The notes below the pieces were generated by a model. It was given only the letters and a program-made list of their open reading frames with translations. It had not been told where the DNA came from and did not search any database. A stretch of 64,000 nt of DNA from NCBI GenBank assembly GCA_951406725.2, contig OX597815.1:39804001-39868000 (forward strand). The letters run 5' to 3'. The position numbers and the translations under genes were made by a program. Of this stretch, positions 11,848 to 24,962 are shown one piece after another; within the stretch, counting starts at the first letter, position 1; the number at the start of each line of letters is the position of its first letter. Origin of the DNA: Octopus vulgaris. Taxonomy: Eukaryota.

Positions 11848-13109
11848 AAAGATTTCCTCTGATTCACTTCCTAAGGACTGGGATAAACAAAACTTGGCAT
11901 AATTATTTGTCCTTCTCACATAGCCACCACCGATGGTGACACACTTCTCCCATCATTTTATGCAACTGTGAAGACCTCGTCTGTAGAAGTTGGTAGGTTG
12001 CATCTGGAGCCAAGACTTTACCTGGGAAATAAGGTCATCATCATCTGAAAAGTGCTTCCCCTTCAAAAAAGACTTCATGGTTGGAAAGAGGTGGAAATTA
12101 GATGGTACGAGGTCAAGAGTAAGGGGGATGAGAAAGGATTTCATAGCCACAGGAGTGTGCTTTCATCTGGGTAACACACACATTGTGAACTGGGACATTG
12201 TCTTAGAGGAGGTAGACTCCTTTGGTTAGCATGCTACATCTCTCTGCTTTGATGTTGTCTCACAATTTCTGCAGCAGACAAGAATAATATACCTTGTTAA
12301 TTGCAGTGCCCTTTGCCAGAAAATCTATCACCACTACTCCATGCTGGTCCTAAAAGTCTGTGAGTAGTTGGACATAAGCCTTCTTTGGAGGTGGTGAGTT
12401 ATCATGCTTCCATTGCTTTGACTGGACTTTAGTCTCAGGATCATAGTGATGGACCCATGTTTCACCCTGTGTAATAAGTCTGCTGAAAAAGTCCTTATTT
12501 TCTTGGCACATTGCCAAAAGAGCCTGGGAGCAATTGATTCATTCCTGCTTCTGAAAAGGTGTGAGCATCCAGGGAATCCATCGTGCAGACAACTTCCGCA
12601 TGTGCAAATGGTCATGAATGATTTTTTTCCATGGACCCTACACTTATCTTCACTTCTTGGGCTAGCTGCTGAATAGTTATGTGGCAACCCTCCAAAATGG
12701 CAGCTTCCACTTTATGGATGGTGTCATCATCAATGCCTGAATGTGGTCATCCAGGAATAGGAGCAGTTTCCACCAATGTCCAACCACATTTGAACTGGTG
12801 GTGCCAGTGCTTGACTACATCATATGATGATGCATCATCACCATAAACTTCTTTTATCTCATTGAAAGTGTTTTTTGGTGTGTGTATGACCTTTCAAGTA
12901 TAAGAACCTGATCACTGATCTGCATTCAACTGCCGTCATTATAACACCTTAGTCCATTTCAGCAGCCGTAAAAGACAAAAGAATACTAGTGGAAAGCTGT
13001 AATTTACAATGTGACATGTAGAGCCATGTATGATTAAACCTGTACAAGTTCCATTTCCTGCAATAACTGGAAGTGGGCCAGAGGAAATCTTTAATGAACA
13101 CCCCTCATA
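11846..13109 (-). mobile_element. Decayed mariner (Tc1/mariner) transposon, ~1.26 kb
   Basis: Transposase relics on the minus strand: ARWIP (WVP motif), TWVHHYDPETK, LDLVPSNFHLF (SPDLAPSDFHLF). Inverted termini 11846-11871 and 13069-13094 match 23/26. The right end finishes cacccctcaTA. Confidence 0.9.
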
Positions 13110-13299
13110 AGACCCCAGACTTTAATAGTAAAATGAATCATTCCTTATTTTGCTTTAGCAATTAATTTGACTCTGAAATTGAAAAAAACCAAATTAATGA
13201 AACAGTAGCTTATTTCATTTTTTACTTGTTTTTATTAAGTTTTGATTTTCATTTTCTTGATATAAAAAATTACTTATCTCTGCTGCATTGCATTTTTAG

Positions 13300-13404
13300 G
13301 GAATTTATTCTTCACAAAGGTCTTGGAAACCAGTTTGTTATCTTTAATGATGTTCCACTGTACTGGGATGCTTGGGATGTTATGGATTATCATCTTGAGA
13401 CAAG
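13300..13404 (+). CDS. MAN2C1: MAN2C1 exon
   Basis: ttttAG acceptor, AAG|GTAGAT donor, phase 2/2. Encodes [34 protein letters not shown](R), near-identical to the MAN2C1 signature. Confidence 0.98.
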
Positions 13405-13949
13405 GTAGATAATATTTCATATTTTCTCATTAGTGTTTGAGACTCTGAAGTTGAATTATCTTATTAGTCATTAAATTTGTTTAATATATTTACGTACAAC
13501 TGAGGCAATTATTTTATCCCCAGGAATTGCATTTGCTGATATCCAGGGCAACAAGTTTACATTTGCCAAATTTTGACTCTTTAATGATTTGAGAGTGTGG
13601 TCTTTTAATTCATGCTTGTAATATTATATAATCTTTGATATTACTTTTACCATTTTTTATTTTGGTGCTTGTTTCCAAGCATGTTTAAATTATCTCTAAA
13701 ATGGCATAATATTGAAAGATTTATGTTGATATCATAAACTACATGTTGTTTTTTTGTTTTTTTGCTAAATATATTCAAATTGAACCATCAATTTAAAACG
13801 CAAACTGTTTCGTTTCATTTTTGTCATCAAAGAGGATTCAAGATATTCAGAGCCCCTGTTGCACCTTTGTTGACTGATCATTGTCCACTCAGGCTAAATT
13901 TGTCATTTACATAATAAGCTTTAACGTGATTCTGAAAAATAGATTTTTG

Positions 13950-14348
13950 CATCATCATCATCATCGTTTAACGTCCGTTTTCTATGCTAGCATGGGTTGG
14001 ACGGTTCAACTGGGGTTTGGGAAGCTAGAAGGCTGCGCCAGGCCCAGTCTGATCTGGCGGTGTTTCTACGGCTGGATGCCCTTCCTAACGCCAACCACTC
14101 CATGAGTGTAGTGGGTGCTTTTTAAATGCCACCTGCAAAGGTGCCAGACGAGGCTGGCAAATGGCCACAATCGGATGGTGCTTTTTACTTGCCACCAGCA
14201 TGGGGGCCAGACGAGGCTGGCAACGGCCACAATTGGATGGTGTATTTTACGTGCCACCGGCACAGAGGCCAGTCAGGGCGGCGCTGGCAACGGCCACGTT
14301 CGGATGGTTCTCTTACATGCCATCGACACTGGTATCACAGCTACAATT
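13950..14348 (-). mobile_element. RTE 3'-UTR-derived repeat (family C)
   Basis: (CAT)n followed by gtttaacgtccgttttc-atgctagcatgggttggacgg, with internal tgccaccggcac repeats. Homologous to 8480-8895. Confidence 0.85.
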
Positions 14349-16645
14349 AAATTTCTTAAATGTAAAACTGATCAAAAAATAAAGAAATAAAACATTTTCT
14401 TTAAAGGCTTACTGTTGTATTAACTTTTCAGGGTGGAATGGTTTACCAATTGAAGCAATATTTTTTACAGTTTAAGGTCCACAACAAGGAATTAAAAACT
14501 TGAAGTATAACATGATTGTACTAACACCTGAACCTCTATGTCAGTAGATCAGCATCTTAACCTCACAACCATTGTGTCTGCAGTTGTGAAACAATTTGCA
14601 AATAACTATATGCAAAAACTAAAGAACACTGAAGTGAAGTAAGCAGTTAGCTATCAACTAGCAAGGTCTTCTATGACCATTGAATACTTTAAGACATAGG
14701 AACATCCTTATCAGATATAGGAAGATTAGAAAAAATTGGCTTTAACAGATGTAAATATATTAACCATAAAAAGATGAAGTTTTTACAATTGATATCCTAA
14801 AACACCAAGTTTTAACATGTCCAATCATTATTATAAATTATAGTACTTCAAGATTCAATAGCATATCTCATACTTCAAAAGCTGATATGTAATATTCTTA
14901 TATCTTTTATGATCTGGTCCCCTAAGATTTTTGTTTATTAATTAAAATGCTTTTATTTGTCATGATTTAATGTCTGCTTTCCATGCTAAAGTCTACAATT
15001 AAAACTGGCATTTAATTTAAAATTCTGGTTAGATACAGATATGGCTCTGTGGTAAGAAGTCTGCTTTCCAACCACATGGTTTTGGATTCAGTTTCACTGT
15101 ATGGTACTTTGAGCAAGTGTCTACTATAGCCCCAGGCCAACCGAAGCCTTCAAGTGGATTTGGAAAATAGAAATTGAAGTGTGTGTGTTATTGTCTCCTT
15201 GCTTTGACATCATGTGATAGTTGTAAACAAGTGTCACCATGATGCAGGCAATATCTATCTCCAATCTTCCATGAAAACGTGCCTGGTCATAGGGAAATAT
15301 CTTGCTTAGTAATAGGTTAGGACTGACGGCAGGAAGGGAATTCAGTTGTAGAAAATCCACCTCAACTAGTTCCATTCAACCATACAAGCATGGAAAACTG
15401 GACATGATAAAAATTTAAATAGTGCCAGCTATGAAAATATTAAACTATATAAATTTATAAAACATTTATACAAAAGTAACTAAAATAGAAATTTTAAAAT
15501 TGAAATAAATTTAACTTCAAACTAGAATATTACTAAGTAACTAGAGTAGAACTGTCTTCTATATGACAAATTATTTCAAAATAATTTATGTAGCTTATAT
15601 TTCGCAATCCAGATCAGTCAACTGCAATGAAATATGAACTTGGAATGTGAAAATAATATTTTAAGCCTAATACATGATGCGCTTTCTGTCTCCTCCTGGC
15701 CTGATATTTCTAAGTATTAATAATCTGTACACTAACAAATACACCAATTTTACTGTTGGCAAGATAATGCTTCTTGGGAAAAAACTCATCATTCACAACC
15801 AAAATAATTCTCATCTAAAAAGGGGTCCTTCAACTACAGAGAAATACCTATCAAATAACGAAGGTCAAAAAGTTGTACCCTTCTCTTATAAAAGTTTTCA
15901 ATGTCAATGAAAACAGAAGCAACATTTTGTTAATGCTTTGTTTATATATATACATGGTTGTTGGATCTACAAGCTGGTAAATTCAGAAGCAAATAAAAAT
16001 GTGTTGACTGAATACTAATGTGCAAATAAACATACATCAACCATAGAGATAACATTTGTTTGCAATATCAAATTATATGTTCCAAGAAAACCACTATCTT
16101 CTCATTAATAATTTATTTCACTAATTTTAATATTAAAAAATAATGCCTGTTCATCATGATTATAGCTTTCTTTTGTACTTTAGAGAAATGAGGCAAGATA
16201 TTTATGCTTCCCTTAATCCAGATTAATAAATTCACCTCCACTCCTATTAAACAATTATTCAAACAATTTCTTATACAAGAAAATTTTAAAATTTGAGAAA
16301 AAAAAAAAAACTTTTTGCCACCATTAAATTCACATTTACAGAGAAATATTTTAACAGCTTCAAGACAAAAAAAATTATACTTCATAAAACCTGGTAGCAT
16401 TGTAGCAGTATGTTGCAGCATCCTTAACTTTATGAAGCATTGATAAAATTAAAGACAAATATTTTATACAGATTATATAATTTCTTTAATAGTCAAGAGA
16501 AGTTTTCCTTGGTTTATTACAGCTACATTACCATTCTGGTTATTATCATAAAAATTGCAAAAACAGGAGTATTAACAGAAATAAGATAGACATGCTAGGA
16601 CAGGATATAAAACAATCTGATATTTTCTGTAAAATTTCTCACTGC

Positions 16646-17048
16646 TTACTCTTACTCTTTTACTTGTTTCGGTCATTTGACTGTGGCCATGCTGGAGCAC
16701 CACCTTTAGTCAAGCAAATTGACCCTAGAACTTATTCTTTGTAAACCTAGTACTTATTCTATTAGTCTCTTTTGCCGAACTGCTAAGTTACGGGGACGTA
16801 AACACACCAGCATCAGTTGTCAAACGATGTTGGAGGAACAAACACAGACACACAAACATATACACACACACACATATATATATACGACGGGCTTCTTTCA
16901 GTTTCCGTCTACCAAATCTAATCACAAGGCTTTTGTCGGGCCGAGGATATAGTAGAAGACACTTGTCCAAGGTGTCACGCAGTGGGACTGAACCTGGGAC
17001 CATGTGGTTGGTAAGCAAGCTACTTACCACACAGCCACTCCTACACCT
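16646..17048 (-). mobile_element. Full-length tRNA-derived SINE family A (CORE-like)
   Basis: Reverse complement of the 18087-18479 and 48936-49340 copies, with CORE-like accttgggcaagt and a gtaaaagag tail. Confidence 0.88.
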
Positions 17049-17339
17049 AGTTTGTTATATTGTATCAGATAGAGTATTAACAAAACAGCTGTGCCATAAA
17101 CATAACTGGCTAGCAGTATTTCTACCACCATCTTCCAGTTAACAAGGTTCTGATTTTTCCACAAAAGGACAGTATCTCTTAACAACCACTCTATCACAAC
17201 CACCTGCCACAGAAGCTGTTCTATGCCCATAGCAAATATTTTCAGCTCTCAGTGGAGCTGTACAAACAGAGGAAATGTTCAACTCTACCCATGGGAAATT
17301 GAAACCATTTTTCTCAGTAGTTCCCTTGCTTTCTTTTAG

Positions 17340-17409
17340 AAAAATCATTAAAGATGTTGACGAGAAGGCAACTATTATTGAATCTGGCCCAATCCGGTCA
17401 ACAGTGAAG
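17340..17409 (+). CDS. MAN2C1: MAN2C1 exon (not in the ORF track)
   Basis: ttttAG acceptor, AAG|GTAAGT donor, phase 2/0. Encodes KIIKDVDEKATIIESGPIRSTVK (GH38 xxGPxR motif). Confidence 0.93.
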
Positions 17410-17640
17410 GTAAGTTGATTAAGGTTATTTTAATGCTTCTCATGTTATTGTCTCTTTGGAATATTCCTATGAAATGGATAATGGTGAAATTGGCTCAGAC
17501 AGCTGCAAGTTGTTTTACATTGCTGCTAGATAATTTTGATGTTAGAGTCCCATCATTCCCATTTCATCTTATTCTTGAATTAAATTTCCTGTCCAGCTAG
17601 GTTTTATCAGATATTATCATACAGAAATTAGTATCAAGCC

Positions 17641-17769
17641 CACTAGCATAGCTAGAGTGTGTGCTGCTTAGGGCAGCCCTTCAGTTTGCTGCTCCTCAAA
17701 AAATACGTATTGTCTACAGAAGATCCAAAAGCGGTGCCACCCCTCCACCCCACTCTAGCTGTGCTAGTG
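17641..17769. mobile_element. 129-bp MITE, probably hAT-type
   Basis: TIRs cactagcatagctagagtg and cactctagctgtgctagtg match 18/19. Flanks atcaagcc and gtcaagct form an 8-bp TSD with 2 mismatches (core tcaagc identical). Confidence 0.8.
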
Positions 17770-17942
17770 GTCAAGCTTAATCCTTATTGAGCCTTTTGAC
17801 AGTAAAAAGATTAATAATAAGCTTGTGTGACATGAATTTCCTGTTGGTGCTTCCATAGAATCTGTGATAATTAATTCACTTTTATGGCATTGATAACTTG
17901 ATGAAATTTATGTTAATGAATGATGTGTTTTACATATTTCAG

Positions 17943-18029
17943 GTTCACTTGAGAATTAGTAATTCCAGTTATATTATTCAGCATATCATCTTGGATTCTA
18001 ACTGCCCCTTCATCAAATTTAAAACTGAG
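17943..18029 (+). CDS. MAN2C1: MAN2C1 exon
   Basis: tttcAG acceptor, GAG|GTAGGT donor, 87 nt. Encodes VHLRISNSSYIIQHIILDSNCPFIKFKTE, comparable to [27 protein letters not shown]. Confidence 0.95.
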
Positions 18030-18086
18030 GTAGGTTCATTTTTGTTTTTAATCAATACATTCCTCTTTGATTTGCATTTAAATATA

Positions 18087-18479
18087 GGCGTAGGAGTCGC
18101 TGTGTGGTAAGTAGCTTGCTTACCAACCACATGGTTCTGGGTTCAGTCCCACTTCATGATACCTTGGGCAAGTGTCTTCTACTATAGCCTCGGGCCGACC
18201 AAAGCCTTGTGAGTGGATTTGGTAGACAGAAACTGAAAGAAGCCCATCGTATATATGTATGTGTGTGTATATGTTTGTGTGTTTGTGTTTGTCACCCCCA
18301 ACATCGATTGACAACAGATGCTGGTGTGTTTACGTCCCCATAACTTAACGGTTCCGCAAAAGAGACCAATAGATAGAATAAGTACTAGGCTTACAAAGAA
18401 TAAGTCCTGGGGTCGATTTGCTTGACTAAAGGCAGTGCTCCAGCATGGCCACAGTCAAATGACTGAAACAAGTAAAAGA
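18087..18479 (+). mobile_element. Full-length SINE family A
   Basis: ggcgtaggagt-gctgtgtggtaagtagc head, gggttcagtccc B-box-like motif, CORE-like body and tail. Confidence 0.88.
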
Positions 18480-18995
18480 ATATCTGCATGTGTGTGTGTG
18501 TTTGTGTGTGCATGTGCGTGTGAGTGTGTTTGTTTGCATGTGTGTGTTCAATTATGTTTTGTATCTCACCACTTAACAACCAGTGTGGTTTGCTTTTATC
18601 CTCATTAATTTAGCAGTTCAGCAAAGAAGACAGTTTGAATAAGTACCAGACTTGAAAAAAATATGTACTGAGGTAATTCAATCAACAAAATCCCCTTCAA
18701 ACATGGTGCCCCAACATAACTGCTGTCCAATGACTGAATAAAATAATATATTATTGTTAAATTGATATTTTAGGCATATTCATTCTAACCCATGCTAGCA
18801 TGGAAAGCGGACGTTAAACGATGATGATTCATGTTTGAGTATTGAACTCTAGTTCAGTTCTGGAACAATCATCCAGATCTCTAGTTTCTCCTTATTTGGA
18901 TAATTACCTATTGTTTTGAAAACACGGGAATAGTTGAATGGATTAAGGAAAAAATGGGTATAATCGCACAATTATTTTTCTTTTCTTCATTGCAG

Positions 18996-19139
18996 GTAGA
19001 ATGGAATGAATCCCACAAGTTCTTAAAGGTAGAATTTCCATTTAATTTGACAACAGCAAGAGCCAGCTATGAAACCCAGTATGGTTTCCTAGAAAGACCA
19101 ACTCACAGTAATACCTCTTGGGATTCTGCTCGTTTTGAG
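18996..19139 (+). CDS. MAN2C1: MAN2C1 exon
   Basis: ttgcAG acceptor, GAG|GTGAGT donor, 144 nt. Encodes [15 protein letters not shown]...[24 protein letters not shown]. Confidence 0.98.
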
Positions 19140-19173
19140 GTGAGTAATATTTCAACATTGTTTTTTCCTTTAA

Positions 19174-19344
19174 ACCTTTAGCATTTAAACCAGCCATATT
19201 CAGCTGTTTTATTGTTCAAACTGGACTGATCAAGCCTATCACACCTACCCTACAATGTCATCCTAAAAATAAACAGTCACATCATCAAAATCTCAAAGCT
19301 GTGAGATAATACATAATTAATTCAAAAATCTGGATGCTAAAGGG
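19174..19344. mobile_element. piggyBac-type MITE, 171 bp
   Basis: TTAA|acctttagcat ... atgctaaaggg|TTAA: an 11-bp TIR (10/11) with a TTAA target duplication. Confidence 0.75.
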
Positions 19345-19361
19345 TTAATGGACATTTTTTG

Positions 19362-19545
<184 letters not shown>

Positions 19546-21026
19546 TGCCCCAAGTCAGCATTGAGCAAGCAGATCTGCAATAAAAGCCAGTGTTTTCACA
19601 TATCTAGAACTGCTTTGTCTTGTCCAATGTGTCCTTTTTCTAAGATGGTAGAACATGATATGAGGGAGATTTGATCACTATTTCTCACTGACCGAGCAGC
19701 TATGTAGAGGCTTCTCCACTAACTCATACTCATTGAGTTTATTCTTGTTGTTACCAACTACTGAAAACATTCTGTCTTTATGAAGGTTTTGAAAATGTCA
19801 GAATATATTCATTACCTTGTATAATTTGTTTATAACTAATGCTATCACATCATAATCATCATGTTCACCACCTCTACTACCATTTCTACATTTTTTATTA
19901 TCTTCATTATCATCACCATCATCATCATAAACACTGGCCATTATTTGTCTCTGGACCTTGATAGTCTTAATTTTAGAATGTGACAGCATTTCTAGTCATC
20001 ATCATTACAACTTCATTATTTGAGTAGTGTATCTGTCAAGTGAATAAAAGATAACAAGCAATTCCAAGTGATTATGAGCTGCTGATTTTCTTTCACCAAT
20101 CCTCAAGGTTTGTTCATATATCAGTGTGGTTTATTAAATGTTACTGTAGATTTTACCTACTGACTGTCATAGCAAGAGTGACAACTATTCTAGAATGGTG
20201 ATATGATGAAAATTAATATAAACCTGGTGTCTTTCCATTGAACAAACATCTCAGAGATTTTTTTGTATGCTTGCAGTGATAATATATAAAAAAGAGTTAA
20301 TCAGATCCACAAAGGTTTTGACTAAAGTGTTTAGATAAGACTACAGGTGCTAGATTGAGAAGTAATAACCAAAAGAATAGAACGATAGATACTCTACAAA
20401 GTTTAGTTAAATATCTTGTCATTTCTGCAATTCAAACCCTATTGTACAGAAGAGTATTTTCTTAAAATGTTAGCTTTTAGCTTAATTAAAATATTTCTGT
20501 CAAAACTGATCCAATATTGTTTTGATACATTTCATTTTTTCTATCTCCCCACCTGCTAGTTATTAAATATTATGGAGGCAATATACAGACTTGTTGGAAA
20601 TTAAAATTATTAAGCAAGTACTTCACTTCTGCAAGAGATACTCTGAATGTGATGCAAAATGAAGGAAGAATTTAATCATTTCACATGTTTACAAATTACT
20701 ATCTCATTGTGTCAGTGATGTACTCAAAGGGAATGAAAAACATATTTCTGTCTGAGTAACATTACAAAAGTTTCCAAAATAGTGTTGCAAACTATGTCTG
20801 ACTATCTTGGGGACTTACATTCTGACTAACAATGAGCTTGATTATTTTATAGTTGCTTGCTGCTTGCTATTTGTGGGTAGTTGTATGGCAGAGTAATCAC
20901 ATTCAGATCTACAAAAATTTCACATCATGCCTGTGATGTACTATTATTTATAGTAATAATTTAGAATACTAATTTTATAATAATTTGTCCTTACTTGTTG
21001 ATGTTTCTATTTTCTTATCATATAAG

Positions 21027-21136
21027 GTGTGTGGTCATAAATGGGCTGACCTTTCTGAATATGGTTATGGTGTTGCTGTCCTTAATAATGGGAAATATGG
21101 CTACTCAGCCTTTGATAATGTGCTGCGTCTTTCACT
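21027..21136 (+). CDS. MAN2C1: MAN2C1 exon (frame not in the ORF track)
   Basis: tataAG acceptor, ACT|GTAAGT donor, phase 0/2. Encodes VCGHKWADLSEYGYGVAVLNNGKYGYSAFDNVLRLS(L). Confidence 0.97.
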
Positions 21137-21339
21137 GTAAGTATAAAAGCTCTCTATTTCTTTGTAAACTCTCAGTATACTTATCATTGTCCTTAAGTAC
21201 ATGATATGAATGATTTGGAGAAAGGTTTGATAAGTTTCACGAAGTCTTTCATTAAGTATACACAACTATGTTAAATATAATTATACTTGCATGACTCTAT
21301 AGTTTAATAATTGCTAGTTAGTGTTACTCTAATTAAGAT

Positions 21340-22065
21340 TATATATATATAATATTGTGTATATTTGAACCATTTCCTATTTTTGATTCCAGTATTTATG
21401 ACTTGTACTAGCATTGTGCATATTAATTAAGACGCTAAGACCTATTTTTATACATTTAAAATCCAATTATATTATTTTCATCAACTCGGCAAAAGAGACC
21501 GATAGAATAAGTAATGGGCTTACAAAGAATAAGTCCCGGGGTCGATTTGCTCGACTAAAGGCGGTGCTCCAGCATGGTCACAGTCAAATGACTGAAACAA
21601 GTAAAAGAGTAAAAGAGTAAGCTTAGTAACGTTGTTTGTTTATCAATATTATTTGGATTTTGTATTATATTGGGTTTGATCGTTGTTATTATTATTATTA
21701 TTATTATTAACTAGATTTGTAGTGGACTGTCGGTCGTAGTTGAATGTCTTCATAGTGGATTGTTCATTTGTTCTACTATTTTTCTTACCTTTCTTTAATT
21801 CATGAGGCTTAGATGTTTCTCGCATTTTTCATGAGTAAATAGTTTTCGCCATTTTCATTGATAATTTATTCTGTTTATTTACACAGTCTTCACACATTTA
21901 ATTTTTTTAAACACTTTGACCTATATTTTTTATGTTTAAAATTCATTTATATTATTTTCATCAACAAGCTAAGTAACGGTTTTTGCTTATCAATATTATT
22001 TGGCTTTTGAATAGTATTGTGTTTGATTATTGTTATTGTTATTATTGTTATTGTTATTATTATTA

Positions 22066-22121
<56 letters not shown>

Positions 22122-23127
22122 GTTTTTATTATTGTTGTTGTTGAAATATTATTATTTTTATGTATATTTTTTTGACAGTTATAAGTTATGATAGTTATTA
22201 ATTATGATATCTATTTATTTAGAATGATTTATTATTATTTTTATAAAGGGATTTAACGTATTACATATAATTTAATTTGAGAATTAGTCTTGTTAGACAA
22301 TACATTATTTATTAATTAGGTGGTATATTTATCAAGTAGTATTACATTTACATAAATTAGTTTTTATATTTATTGATATTTTGGTCAACTATATTATTGA
22401 GTGATATATTAAATCTATAGATACTACATATATATTAATTATATAGTTAGTTTATGTAATGGGTGTGTGTATATTTGAACCATTTCCTAGTTTTGATTCC
22501 AGTATTTATGGATTGTACTAGCATTGTGTATATTAACATTAAGGTTTTTAGTATTAATTGCTTAATGGGTATTAGACTTTATTTGGATGTTTATTAAATA
22601 AATATATTAATTAATAATTTGATTTAATGTATATAGTTTAAAGTGTGGTATTTATTTTTCACTTAATGTATTTTTTGTATCTTATATATATATATATATA
22701 TAGATCTATTTTAAAATTTACGTATATTTATTAATTAATCATTTTATTGTTGTAGTTATCTTTAACCTGACGAGTGGCTATATTTATATTGAAGTGATTT
22801 TACTACTACTGCTAATATTTTTACTATAATCATTTCTTAAATATAGCTACGAAACTCGTGTCATTATTCTACCAAATACATACATTTTATTTATTATTTT
22901 GCACATTACTTAATCCTCGTTATATTTTTTATCTTATATTTAATCTTTCTATAATTTGTAATTTTCTAGATGGTGTAATTTAATTTTTCCTTATTGAATT
23001 GATTTTATCTAATTTATATATATATAATATATTTTGTGAGATTTGATTTAGTATTTCTAAATTGAATGTTTCTCTGTAAGTTTGGAATAATATTCCCTCA
23101 TGTTATTATTATTATTATTGTTATTAT

Positions 23128-23160
<33 letters not shown>
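21340..23160 (+). mobile_element. Very AT-rich (TA)n-bounded element with internal direct repeats and a hammerhead-like motif (Penelope-like derivative); SINE A tail inserted at ~21486-21618
   Basis: Direct repeats 21356-21426 vs 22466-22536 and 21440-21700 vs 21919-22040. CTGACGA...GAAAC...GTC motif at 22767-22862. Confidence 0.55.
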
Positions 23161-23164
<4 letters not shown>

Positions 23165-23557
23165 GACTGGACAAATTAAAGAAAGTGGCACTCAACATAT
23201 TTTGTAGGAATTACATATATTATTTAATAACAGTTTGCATGGAAATGAGTCAGGCGCTTATTAAATGATATATATGTATATACATATATATCTTTACTCA
23301 TGGGCTTTGTACAGTTTTCACCTTCACTAATGAGATATTGGTCAGCCAGTCCTAGGTTAAAGTAGAAAACAATTGCCCAAGGTGCCACACAACTGAACTC
23401 AAAATCATATCACTGTGAGTGTGTGTACATACTATTGTTATATTATTGTTGGTTTAGTTCCAGATAAATCAACTGTTTATTTTCTGTTTATTACTGGCTA
23501 TAAAAGAACATTTGAATATTTAGTAGCAGTTTAATCAAATCTGTGTTCATCTTTTAG

Positions 23558-23637
23558 GCTACGCTCTCCAAAATCACCTGATCCTGAAGCAGATATGTTA
23601 AACCATGAATTTACATATGCTCTGATGCCACATAAAG
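23558..23637 (+). CDS. MAN2C1: MAN2C1 exon (not in the ORF track)
   Basis: cttttAG acceptor, AAG|GTAATG donor, phase 2/1. Encodes [26 protein letters not shown](G). Confidence 0.97.
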
Positions 23638-23739
23638 GTAATGGTTTATGTATGCTAACTTCTACACAAGACAGCTTCAATGTAGCTGTTGTTTATCTAA
23701 TATTTAGTTTTCTTTTCTAAGCATCACAATAAAAGTCAG

Positions 23740-24310
23740 TAATTGTTCAATGCTCCACAGACATCTAGAAATGATATTACATCATTTTATAAAGTTTCAT
23801 TTCTTCCACCTTTGTATTTTTGTTCAAGCATCCACAACAAAGATGCATTTCACAAAGCTATGCCAAAAATCACTGTTGCCTTTTAGCTTTGATAGGTCCT
23901 CAGTTTCATGTTGTGTGTCAGCCAATAATCTCAATACAGTTGAGTTGTCTTCATCCTCTACTAGAGCATGGAAATCTCCAAAATTACTTGATGTTCAACA
24001 CGATAGCAATGTCTAGAAAAGCTTCCTCACATTGAATGGAGAGGGATGGAATGTGCCTTTAAATCTCCTCTGTGGTCTTGTGCTCACATCATGTGATGTA
24101 TTGAATCCTCACAAGGTATGTGGTGGACGTACCAACAAGGCAATTTTCAATTTCTTCTTCATAGTCCAGGTTTCAACACTATAAAGAACAATGCTTTCTA
24201 CACATGCTCTGAAGTGGGGCAGCCTTGTAGACTCCAAATTACTTAATTTCCAGGTATTATGAACCCTATGACAGGAGACCCAGGCTTTTCCCTTGTGTGT
24301 TAGTCTTTCT
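23740..24310 (-). mobile_element. Degenerate RTE LINE RT C-terminal remnant
   Basis: Minus strand at ~24150-24215 reads FRACVESIVLYSVETWTMK (RTE LLYGxETW motif). Confidence 0.6.
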
Positions 24311-24962
24311 TACTGTCAGCAACATAGGACAACAAAATATGGTCGTTCTATATCTATATAAATATATATAAAATTGTCAGATGATGTGCAGTACCTAAAA
24401 CTTTGTGAAAGCTTCCAGACTGGTGAGATCAATGTGGTTATTGTTTAGCATGATTATCTTTAGAAAAACATGGGCAACAAAAGAATTCCTGGAAAAATAG
24501 GGTTACATTTTTAGAGCAGGTGCTAGAAGGTAAGACAGTAAGATTGATGAGAGAAAGAAAGATAAGTAAGCTTGTGTGAAGGGGATAGGTGACAGAGATT
24601 ATTGAAGAGGTAGAGAGAAGAAATTGTGTATGAGGGAATTCCAGCTATGTTTCATGGTTCGCTACCTCAACAGCTCTTTTATAGGATCCAGTGGCTAAAG
24701 ATATCATCAGGAAGAACCACGTCAGGTTTCAGCCACTACTCTACCGTTTTCAACATGGTAGCCCACCCCCTTACCTTTTGGAGGTTTCTTCAGCTCTGGT
24801 GTTGATTACGTTTTTTCTTTCTCCTTTTTTCTTTTGTTCTTTGGTTTCTTCGATGCAGCATCAATGAATGTCAGTGGGCAAATGACCATCCAGTCAAATT
24901 TCCCTTTCTTCTTTCTGTCTTTTAGCACTCCTTCAGTAGCTTCTGTTCCTCAGAACTTGTTA

